From the NCBI RefSeq assembly GCF_001194135.2, contig NC_068992.1, positions 33,344,243 to 33,408,242 of the forward strand: a DNA stretch of 64,000 nt, given 5' to 3'. How positions within the stretch are numbered: the stretch's first letter is position 1; each line of letters begins with the position of its first letter. The position numbers and the translations under genes were made by a program. Origin of the DNA: Octopus bimaculoides. Lineage: Eukaryota. Below are positions 53,231 through 64,000 of this stretch, in pieces. The notes under the pieces were generated by a model, which was not told the DNA's origin, ran no database searches, and saw only the letters and a program-made list of their open reading frames with translations.

Positions 53231-54740
53231 GTGATGGATTTGAGGGATTCGTTTATATACAAGTTGATTTCTTAATTTCACTATATAGGTATATATATAT
53301 ATATATATATACCTATAATAGTGGTAAAAAAAAACTTCAAATCAAACTTACAAATTTCCCGATGAGCAAGTGATCTTATTATTTATATCCTACAACGAAC
53401 TACAGTATTTTTGATTCACCTGCCATCATTGAAAGACACTGGAAACACTCAAATTCTATGCAATATTTCTATAAGCATTTCATTTTGTTCATTTTGTTCT
53501 TCAAAATCATGATTATTATTTGAATAATCATTTATTTACTCATATGCAAATTATATGTTGAACTTTCCAAAACAACCTTTGACTTTCTTTGTCAATTTGT
53601 ATTTTAGCATTTCACTGTCAATCCATTGGAATAGAAAGTCTCTTTTGCTTTTGAACATACATAATTCTTCAATGAAAAATTGGAGAAGAATCTCCATTTT
53701 AAGTTATTTTTTCTGAATTTTAATTCCAGACCCCCTAAAATAACATTCAAATTTCTTTCCCAACTCGTATTTTAACATTTTTGTGAAAACCAATCGAAAT
53801 ATAAGTAGTTTCTTCAATGTGCATGGTTCTTCACTGCAAATGAAAAATAAAAACTATTTTTTCACTTGTACCATATTTCTTTTAACTTTGATCAGATTTT
53901 TGGATTGAAAAAAAAAAGAAAAATTTTAATTTATCTGCACACAAGGTATGCATCGCCTCTCCAATGCCTTTTTCCCATCACTCTAAATTTACTTATTGCA
54001 TCTTCCTACATAACTTGTACATCCTTTGAAAGCCATTTGTCTACACCTAATTTCTTCAATGACCATCAAATTATTGGGTGTGATGCACTGTTAAATGCTT
54101 TCTCCAAATAAACAAAAGCCATGAATAATGGTTTAGTTTTAATTAGAAAAATTGCATCGTATGGGACATTTCTGGAGACAAAGCCAAACTGCATCTCATC
54201 TAGGTCTCCTCTATCATGGACTAATTGTGCTATGATTCTCTTCATGATCTCCATAACCTAATCTAGTAGATTGTTTCCTCTATAGTCCTGACTTTCTAAT
54301 ACATCTTTCCTTTTGTAGAAATTTACAATGATATAGCTATGTCAGTCATTGGGTATGAAATCTTCATGTATGACTATTAGCTATTCAAGAAGTAATTGCA
54401 TGTCCTCCCGCACCAGATATTTTAGGAATCTCTACAACTATCCTTGATGGACATGTGGCTTTCTCTCTTTTCCTGCCCTTGATTTCACTATCTACCATAC
54501 TGTTGTTATCGTCAATTTCTGATACCTTGGTAGGGTCAGCAAGAAGCAGCTCCTCCTTTATCCCATGTATTCTCCCTGTTCAGCAGCATTTCATAATAGC
54601 AGTTCCATACCATATTTTTGTTTCCATAGTAATGGCCTTCATCATCCTAAATAGTCTTCTCACAAATGATATCTCAGTACTCACCCACACATTATCTCAC
54701 TGGTTGTGTGATAAAAAGTGTTATAATGTGGGAATAAATA
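51820..54740 (-). mobile_element. Old fragmented RTE LINE (RT pieces 54050-54740 and 52800-53020, purine-rich spacer, tail near 51820-52000), interrupted by unrelated sequence at 53020-54050
   Basis: LDEMQFGF...DAIFL...LFMAFVYLEKAFNS and HKGSVLLPLLFII...WELLYTD. Grouping as a single copy is inferred from order and strand. Confidence 0.6.
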
Positions 54741-55229
54741 ATGATTTTGTGCTCAGATAATGATTTCATTAATGAACAAAAAATATTGCAATAATTCTAA
54801 AATAAACTGCAAAATTGTAAACTGTAATTTCAGTCGTTTACGATGTAAATGAATAAGATAATACAAAAAAGTGCCCCAAGGTAAAAAAGAACTAATCTAT
54901 AAAACGAGTTAATGTATAACAAATATAACCTAATAGAGTCAATAAGATGTCGCTCAGTTGGTTGAACAGGTGTAAGCTAAATGATAAAGAATATGGGAGT
55001 AGGAAAACACGTGATAGAATTGTGTCAAATGATTGGATAAACAAAAATAGACAATTAATAAACAATGTTTTGTGTCAAGACAACTGGAGTTATCTTATCT
55101 CTCCTTTTATTCAACGATGAACAGTTGGTATATGAATAAGTGTTATTTTGAGGGTTTACCTGCATGTGTTCTGCAGGTTTTCTGTTTTGACAGATTTTTA
55201 AAAATTTTGATGAAGTGGTTTCTGAGTTT

Positions 55230-56830
55230 GAATATCTTGAGTTTTCATATTTCCTTGATCTTGATTCATATATAGTGGTATTGATTGTTTTCTCTTCCAT
55301 CTTAACTGGTTAATATGCTGCGTCAAGGTGAACGGTTCAACTAATACTTTATATATGATGTTACTTCTCTGCTTTATCACCAGACCATCTTGTCACTTGG
55401 GATGATATGGTCTAATATCAAATACGTATACTAGAATTTGTCTTTGAAACCTTATTTCTAGAGATGACTTATTCACAGGCAGAGCAGAATTTGGTATTAT
55501 TCAGTAGTTCATTAAAAATAGTTGTAAATTTTCTTCTAACTTGCCACTCCCTTCAATTTGGATAATGAATGCTTAAGGGTATCCAGGGATCTCTCTGCTA
55601 ATCCATTGGATTGAGGATGATATGGAACAGTTCTTAAACGATCCATGGCATTTTTCTTAGAAAATGTTGTGAATTCTAGGGAAGTGAATTATGGACCCTT
55701 ATCCAACACTAAAACCAGAAGGTGACCAAAATATTTGAAAAAACTTGGTATAGCTTTTGTATTGTGAATGAAATTGTTGTTTGATACATAATGAAAACCT
55801 TTGACCATTTAAATAATGCATTGACCATGATTAAAAAGTAGTTACCATTATGAGGTCCCACAAAATTTGTGTACTCTATACCATGGTATTTTCAGAACTG
55901 ACCAAGGAATTCTTACCTGAACAGATAATTTTGAGTCTTTTGCACATTTTGAACATGCTTGCACAAGAGACTCAATATCTTTTGCCAAGTCCTGGCCAAT
56001 AAATGTTATGTCTTGCTAAAGCCTTCATTCTTGAAGTTCTTGGATGGTGTTGCATGAAATTGGTTGAATAGCAACTTTTTAAGACTGTTTAAAATAACAT
56101 GATTAGCAATCATTAAACAGTCATCAACAACTGAAAGATGTTTCAAATAGAATAGTTACATATCTTCATTGCAGATTTTTTCTGTGTCGCTATACCTACG
56201 ATATTTAATAACTTCTTGTAGAACAAGTTCATTTCAAGTTTCTTGTTTCACCAGCTCTAAAGTAGCAGGTAAAAATTTGATTAAATCCATTAGCACTTGG
56301 TGGATCTCAGCTTCAATTTGTATGAGCCATTGCAATGTTTTCAGTCATTGCTGAATTTCCAGATTTTGAACCAAATATTTTCAAGAGTGGTTTATGGTCA
56401 GTATGAAGAGCAAATGTTTTACCCTGTATCATGCAATGAAGTTTTTTCACTGCATAAACAAGTGCCAATACTTTCTTTTTTCTAATTGTAAATATTTCTT
56501 TTCAACTTTTGGTAGACTTTTAGAAGCATGCATAACTGGCTTATATAACCCATTAACCATTTTATGCAAGAGCACTGCTCCAATTCTGTAATCTGATGCA
56601 TCTGCAGCAATGATAAGCTCTTTTGCTAGGATCAAAATGTGTCGATATCAGATTGGAAGAAAGTATTTCTTTGAATTTCTTGAATGATTCTTGACATTGT
56701 GGAGACCAGTCCCATTTTAGATTGCTAACAAATAATGAGTTTAGTGAACTTCTTATTTGATGCATGTTAAGCATAAATGAGCATAAATGTGATAACTAAC
56801 CATTTGTAAAAAAAAATGTGGCTTAGCTAT
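55230..56830 (-). mobile_element. Gypsy-type LTR retrotransposon pol remnant (RNase H and integrase)
   Basis: ELIIAADASDYRIGAVLLH...PVMHASKSL..VEKKY, DIESLVQACSKC, and integrase-like remnants near 55700 and 55610. Possible polypurine tract near 55098-55108. Confidence 0.8.
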
Positions 56831-57741
56831 GTCAGTGCTTGATAATTGCTGTTTTTTTAAGAATGTTCAATACACCAAAGAACTGTAACAGGCATTTATA
56901 TAGCATCTTATTTAGAAAAATAATTATCATGCAGTAATTATGCAAATTACTACAGGATTTAGAGAAGATGCTTACAAAACTTCATTACCAAAATGATGAG
57001 GACGACAATGACAATGGTGATGACAATGCTTGTGACTATTGCTTAAAAGATAAGCCATTATAATGTGATAACTTTGATAGAGACACTGTTTTCTTAACAC
57101 CTAGATCACAGCCTTTAAGTTACATTAGGGAAGAAACATATTTTGCCAGTTCTGCATAACAGATGCGATGTTAAAACATCTAAAAAACAATGCTGCAGTA
57201 ACAAAAAAAAACCCTACTACTTTCTCTAGTGATTTCTATGAAATAACAAAACTTTCAGAAATTAACCCCGTATTAACTTACGAATAAAACCCATAAACAC
57301 CTTAAACTTTAAGCAATTCATTTTATTCCCTTTAGAATATTCTCACCCTCGTAAAAAAAAAAAAAAAGAAATCACAGAAAAATTAAAGGCATATTCAGAA
57401 TGACCAAAATAAAATATAAAAATTGTCATGCCTTCTAGCTAACTAGCCAGTATATTCATATTCTTTCTTTTGGCTTACTGACCTTTGTATCATTAAAAAA
57501 TATTGTCTTCTTCCCCTTAATTAGATAACAATAATAATGCATGGGAGTTGCTCACTGCATTAACATCTTATTTATTTTCTTCTTCATTTCAACACATATA
57601 TCTCTAATTAGTGACATAATTCAGAAATATTTTACATGAATTGGCTTTCTCTGGAGGCTTTCAAAAGAGCCATTAAGCTGTCTCTCCTTTGAAAGGAGGA
57701 AAATTCCAATTACAGCAAGTATATGAAGAAGAAAATTCATG

Positions 57742-57777
<36 letters not shown>

Positions 57778-57780
57778 TAA

Positions 57781-57850
<70 letters not shown>

Positions 57851-58039
57851 GTGTATATCTATATATGCATATATGTATGTATATGCATTGCCTACATATA
57901 CATATATGTGTGTATGTGTATGTGTGTGTATTTGATATATATATAAAATATATCATATATTGAAGAGTACTGGAAAATGTTCTAAGATCACAGAGAGAGA
58001 AAAAATGATATCTATATGTTAGTAAGTGCAATTAATGAT

Positions 58040-58640
58040 ATGAAATCAGGGAAAGCTGGTGGACCATTAGAAATAGTCATTGAGATGGTGAAATATCCTG
58101 TGAAGGAGTATACATGCATGCTATTTCATAGTCAATCAGGTAGTACAGGGAGGCGTTTTAACCAATGACTGGCATAGCATAGCATTAAACTAATGAACTA
58201 GGTTGTGAAAGTAAGAGTTATAGCACAGCTTGATTAGGAAAATTTATAGCTTATATCCGATGCAGTTTGAACTTGTGCCAATATAGGCAAGCAGTGAGGC
58301 TCTCTTCCTCGTGAGACAAATACAGAAGAAAATTATGACCAAGTGAAGCATTATATATTTGTCATTTGTTAATGTGAAGATGTAAAGAAATGGCTTATTA
58401 GAATTGTGGGAACCATGAACAAATAAGCCATCAACAAGTCAAAAGTTGCTAAAGTGTTTGTGAAAAATTTAGCATAAAGATAGGGTATCTATCAGAGCTT
58501 GCTTTACAGGTTTCATTTTATAGTTTTCCAGTTTATTACAAGGGAGCTTGAAAACAGAACATCTGTATGCTAAAGGCTTAGCTCCATGTAAAATAGGAAG
58601 ATCTGGTGATGAAATTCCAATCATGGGAGCAATAATTTGA
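58040..58640 (+). mobile_element. Highly degraded RTE RT fragment
   Basis: MKSGKAGGPLEIVIEMVK...VVQGGVLTNDW. Confidence 0.5.
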
Positions 58641-59420
58641 ATTGAAGCACCTCAAAATCAGAATAGTTTTCAACTAGAAATATACTGACATTATAGAAGT
58701 AACCAGTGCTTGATATGCAAAAAAAAAAAAAAAAAAAAATCAGCAGGTAAGAATTCAACACTGTGCACACAATGTGAATTGTATGTGCACATGTAGTGTA
58801 GTGGTATCACAGGTAATCTGACAAAAAAGAAAAAAAATTGACATTAAAGGAAAAACAATCTGTTTTTTCTGGAGATAAGAGAAGACCTACAGGTATATAT
58901 TTCTGCCTCAGTAGACAACATCAATACATTAGCTGTCCAACCTTGATTCTAAATATACATGTGTGTGTGTGTGTGTGCATGTATGCGCATGTGCGTGAGT
59001 GTATGCACGCGTGTGTGTATCATTTTGTGATTGTATGTGTCTTACTCTTAAATAAAAGTAAAATTTATGAAGCACAGTCAACAGGTAGACATACAGGACA
59101 TGACACAAACAAGATCAGCAGCTGCTAACTCAAGGTCAAGGCAATTCCAGCACATTAAACAACCAAGTTTCACACTTGCCCCAAGATAGGACAACAAGTA
59201 CACAAAACTACATGAAAGAATAACTTTTCAAGTGAAGATGAACTTATGAAGGATATTAAACAGGGAGATGCCTTGACAAGAAGAAGACGAAGAAGAAAAA
59301 TAGTAAAGTAGATATCTGGACGTTAGCCTTCAATGAAAGAGAGAGACAGGATGGATAACAAAGTGACCTGCAGCAGGTCAAAAGTCAAAAGCAGAATGAA
59401 GCAGGCCAGGCAGTGGAATA

Positions 59421-60445
59421 CAGTGTGTACCAAAAGTCACTGATGGGTTTCAATTCTTAATAACTTCCTTAACTTTGCAAATAAATGCATGAAATTTTGA
59501 TACAATATAAAGAACATGATGACAATTAATATGCACAAGTCAAATTTTGCAACACTACTACATCACATATGACAAATGACATTGCTTAAATGGTAGCTAC
59601 TTTTGGCTTTGCATGCCCATGCTCTTTCCAAAATTTGCACCATAACACTCTCAAGAGTTTCAGATCCCATTTCTCTGATTTCTCTATTGACTTTTTCCTA
59701 CAGTTGTACCAAGATCTCCAGTTTGTTGCCATAAATCCTCTCTTTCAGGTATCCCCACAAGAAAAACTCTGGTGAACATGAAGTCCAGTTGACATTGCCA
59801 TAGCGGGAGATTATTCTCTCTCCAAAGCACTGCCATAGCAACAGCATTGTTTCTCTTGTGCTATAAGCAGTTGCCCCATCTTGCTGGAACCATGTGTGAG
59901 GTCTACTTTGAATGGCTTGGTGCAAAAAGGTCTCGATTGTGGATACTTGAAAGAGAGGGTTTATGTCAACAAACTGGAGATACTGGTGCAACTGAAGGAG
60001 AACATTAATTGAGAAATCAAAGAAGTGGTGTCTGAAGCTCTTGAGGGTGTTATGGTGCAAGTTTTGGAAAGAGCACGGGTGCCATTTAAGCGATGTCATT
60101 TTTTATATATGATGTAGAGGTGTTGCAAAATTAGACTCATGCATATTGATTTTTATTATGTCCTTTATATTTGCTGTGGCAGACGTCCCCAGGCGAGAAA
60201 TGGGCTGGTCCACTACTAATAAATAGTGGGCTGACACAGTCAGTAGAGTCAGTCAGCAAAGGTATGCCATTCAGACCAGTCCTATAGAGACAACAAAATA
60301 CGGCGTCATCATGGGACATATCAGTGGTGACGAGGGTTCAGACAATATCGCCACTGGGACATTGTGTCAAATTTCATACATTTATTTGTAAAGTTAGGGA
60401 AGTTATAAAAAACTGAAACCCATCAGTAACTTTTGGGACACCTTG
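59421..60445. mobile_element. Foldback IS630-Tc1-mariner derivative whose two arms both carry the transposase 3' end
   Basis: Termini CAGTGTGTACCAAAAGTCACTGATGGG / CCCATCAGTAACTTTTGGGACACCTTG with TA on both sides. Minus strand WFQQDGATAY...FLWGYLKERIY; plus strand GYLKERVYVNKLE. Confidence 0.85.
60174..60356. mobile_element. Small insertion with hAT-like ends inside the right arm of the foldback element
   Basis: Absent from the left arm; ends CTGTGGCAGA...TCGCCACTG. TSD poor (TATATTTG / GGACATTG). Confidence 0.45.
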
Positions 60446-61595
60446 TATAATTATGAGAAGATATACAAGTATTGTGGGAAGATTAAAATCAAGCAGATAA
60501 GGAGATAAAGAGAGAGAGAGAACTTGACAGAGCAAAAAACAGGTGAAGGAAAGAAGGGAGTGAGAGAGAAAAGCAATTAGGCAGAGGTGGTTGCTGAAAA
60601 ATGATATAAACGTAAATTAAAAATATTTTGAGTGACATTACTATCAAATAGAAGAAAAGTTAATAAACCATAAACAACAAATAAAACAATAGGAAAAGAT
60701 ACTATACTCTTTCATCAGCTGCTGAGTTAGGTTCATAACAACAAGAATTGCACACTTGCCCCCAGTGTGCCTGAGTTTGAGCGTCAAGTCAGGATTACAA
60801 AAAGTACACAAAATTGAAAGAAAAATTAACTCTTAAGGCTGCAATGAATGTAACACAATGATATTGCAGAGGATATTGAGCAGTGATGTCTCTTACTGTT
60901 CTTTCAAACTAAATTCATCAAAATTCTTTTGTTATATATTTTTCTCTTCTGTTTCTAGATTGTAAAGTAAAACCAAATTATTGTTTAGTGTGTATATACT
61001 TAATACAGGATAGGTATTAATTGTCTGTGCAGCACTAATGGTGTAGTAGTACTTATAGTTAGTGCATGCTGATCCTCTCTGCTTTCAGATCCTGTATCCA
61101 GATAACCATCTTCATAAATTTTCTTTGATATGTAAACTTTCTACCCAATCTCTCACACCAAGAATCTAGCACTGTCTCCTCATGGTTACACATGGTAGCT
61201 GAGTACTTTGTGATCCCATTCTAAAGTATAATGCATCTCAGAGCAGGCAGGCCTTCATGTATATGGGCATGCACTGGCATCACTCAGCTGTTGTTTTATT
61301 TATGGACAAGACACAGATGTGACCAGTCCATTAATGGAAACTCATTTGGGAGAAAATCACTCTAATCAAAAGCCATAAATGCTGTTCCCGCCTTGCTCTA
61401 TATGTCATATGAAGGTTCTCTGTATAAAAACTGGATAAGGGCCTATGTCTAAAAGGACAGGAGCAGCAATATGAGGAGCATTGCAAAGACTAACAATGGA
61501 GAAACCAACTACTGAAAATATCTAATGAGAATCTTTGTGGCAGACTGAGATGCTTGGAAGCACCACTGGGAAACATGTCTGCTGATGATCTAAAT

Positions 61596-61927
61596 CAGGG
61601 GTTCACAACTCTTTTTATCTATGGACCCCTTTGATTATTATTTTATTCTGGTGAATCTCCAAAGCCATTTGATGCTTAGAAACTTCCTTCAGAATTCCTA
61701 TTTTGTTTTTCCTATTTTGTTGTGTAGGTTGAACTATGTAAAATGTTAGAGAAAGAAACCCAGCTGTTTCTTGTAATACTTACCAAGACATATATCTAAT
61801 GCAAAATGCTTTCAGGGGCCCTAAAAATATTTTTATGGATCTCTAACTTACTATTTTATTGTGTGAACCCACCAAGAATATTATATGGATCCTCAGTGGT
61901 CATATGTACCCTAGTTGAGAACCACTG
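61596..61927. mobile_element. hAT MITE (Charlie/Buster-like target)
   Basis: TIRs CAGGGGTTCACAAC / GTTGAGAACCACTG; perfect 8-bp TSD ATCTAAAT at 61588-61595 and 61928-61935. Confidence 0.9.
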
Positions 61928-62933
61928 ATCTAAATAGGGACTGACACCTTTTGATGTCATAAAGGCACTGAATGGAATGGTGATAATGATTCGACAGTCT
62001 AGTGATGAGGTTATGTAGTGATATTAGGTAACTCTTTTACTGGCTTCTGGAATTCAATAAAAAAAAGTTAAAAATCACTGCTTCACAAGGTTCCTTGACC
62101 TGCTAGAAAAAGGAGCTATTTCTCCTCAAATAAAGAGAATTATATTAAATAATGTAACACTTGATATTTTTTCTGAAGTATGCAAATGGGATGAATGTAG
62201 TTGTAATGCCTTTGAATGTAAGTCTGATCAATCAGAGCCAGTGTGGAGCTGATTGACATCAAGAGCATTTAAGAATATCATCTCATGGTAAACACAACAT
62301 AAAACAAAGTTAAATATCTTCAAATAGTAATTATTTTCGATGTTGTCTTTAAATTAATATGTTTAACAATATTGATGCTGTTCTTTTTTATCCAACAATC
62401 AATGTCATGTGTAATACAGTCTGACATTATATAGATGTTGTTCTCTTTGTTCCACAATCTATGGCATGTATAATATAGCAATAAAACAAAGCAATTTGAA
62501 AGACAACTACAATAGCAAATTTAGTTAGAATTTTATTTTGCTTTTTGTTTTTGTTTTTGTTTTTCTTTTCAGCTAAAACATTACCATTTCAAGTTTGTTT
62601 CTATGAAACCTTATCTCCCTAATTTCAAACATAGAATATTTAAATTGCATACAAAATATTTGCTATATATTTATTTCGTTATTTTTTTTTTTAAGTCACT
62701 ATGATTTTAGATAATAGTCTTAGTGAAGCCTGACAAAGAAAATACCTAATTTTCACTCAACAATTTTTTTAGTTTGTATTGTTAATTAAATTTTTCTCTC
62801 ATCTTTATGACACCCGAAAGCTAATGTTTCATTTTCTTTGGACAAACATATTATTATTACCTATTTATTATTCAGCATTTACTTGGGATAAATACACATG
62901 TATACAGACAAAACACACACACATGCACACACA

Positions 62934-62986
<53 letters not shown>

Positions 62987-63596
62987 CATAGGTGCAGGCA
63001 TAGTTGTGTGGTGGTTATGAATTTTGCATAGCAACCATGTGCTTTCAGTTTCCATTTCACTATATGGTAGTTTTGCAAGTGTCTCCTACCATTGCTTTAG
63101 CCTGTCGAATACCATGTGAGTGAAATAAAGGTTAATGTAACTTGTACAGCTCAATGCATGTGTGTGCATACATGCATGCGTGCACATACATGTGTGAGTG
63201 TGTGCATCTGTGTGCATGTGTATGTGAGCATATGTATGTCCCTGCATGCATGTGTGTGCATGTGTATGTGTGTATGTGTGGGCATGCATGCATGTGTATA
63301 TGCAAGAGTTTGTCTTCCACATATTTCCAAACTGGTACTGTTTGAGCAACAATATCTTTGGCCCCTACTTCATTAGTTTTTTGTGGAGAGCAGTAAGAAA
63401 AATACCTTATTTGAAAACAAGTAGAGGTTGGTGACAAGACTGAATCTAGTTGTATAATTCTGTTTCAATAACTCTTGTCCATTCCATGGAAAAATTGGAC
63501 ATAAATGCAATCATGATGGCAATGAGGCATACAATATAAATACACATTCATACCTCTGATTGAATACAAACAAATACCTGTACAAAACCACGCACG

Positions 63597-63651
<55 letters not shown>

Positions 63652-63755
63652 GCACATACACACACACACACATAATATGAGGTGAGGAATTTTGTGTTGC
63701 TGTGTCTGGGAATGAAGAGGGTATAGCTTTGTTAATCTATACACAAACAGACTAG

Positions 63756-64000
63756 TGGAGACGAGAATACATTTACCAAAGGTTTATTACTTTAGGTACA
63801 ATAGAGTTTAAGCCGTCAGTTATTTTTGTATAGTTCACCCAGATTCGTCCCACACTCGCTGCTAACCTTCTTCTGTCTTCATTCTTCTCCCAGTTCTTTT
63901 TCTTTCCTGCTGACCAACTTCTTAGCTAGCCCACAGTGAAGTATCTGTTTACAGTTCGTCTGTCACAAATCCTTCTCTACATAGCTCCCCTCCAGAGCTG
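63756..64000 (-). mobile_element. Possible LTR end running off the right edge
   Basis: TG start on plus, AATAAA on minus (GGTTTATT near 63781), CpG-richer than flanks. No second boundary in the window. Confidence 0.3.

Noticed and set aside
57636-57686. Possible 51-nt minus-strand exon with a good polypyrimidine tract
   Set aside because: Weak donor (GTAAAA) and no recognised protein in either open frame.

Overview
AT-rich eukaryotic (animal) draft-assembly DNA with nine N-gaps (about 770-1234, 2900-3416, 19237-19306, 25949-25958, 27350-27622, 31132-32102, 32611-32961, 43829-44768, 45604-46007). The SINE, LINE and microsatellite landscape looks like an octopus (cephalopod) genome; that is my recognition, not a database result. 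I cannot recognise any host protein-coding gene. The long ORFs in the track are gap artefacts, microsatellite read-throughs or transposon remnants. The window is a nest of transposable elements: three tRNA-type SINE families, Tx1/L1-like, RTE, R4/Dong-like and HERO-like LINE remnants, hAT, Tc1/mariner and Chapaev-like DNA transposons, MITEs, a Gypsy pol fragment, an LTR-like element, and a CpG-decayed U6 snRNA copy. The most striking observation is two divergent Tx1/L1-type 3' ends (near 336 and 1854, opposite strands) fused to the same nucleotide of the same SINE's tRNA-like head, suggesting a SINE-targeting site-specific retrotransposon. Boundaries of old degraded repeats are approximate (tens of bp). 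All alignments were done by eye.
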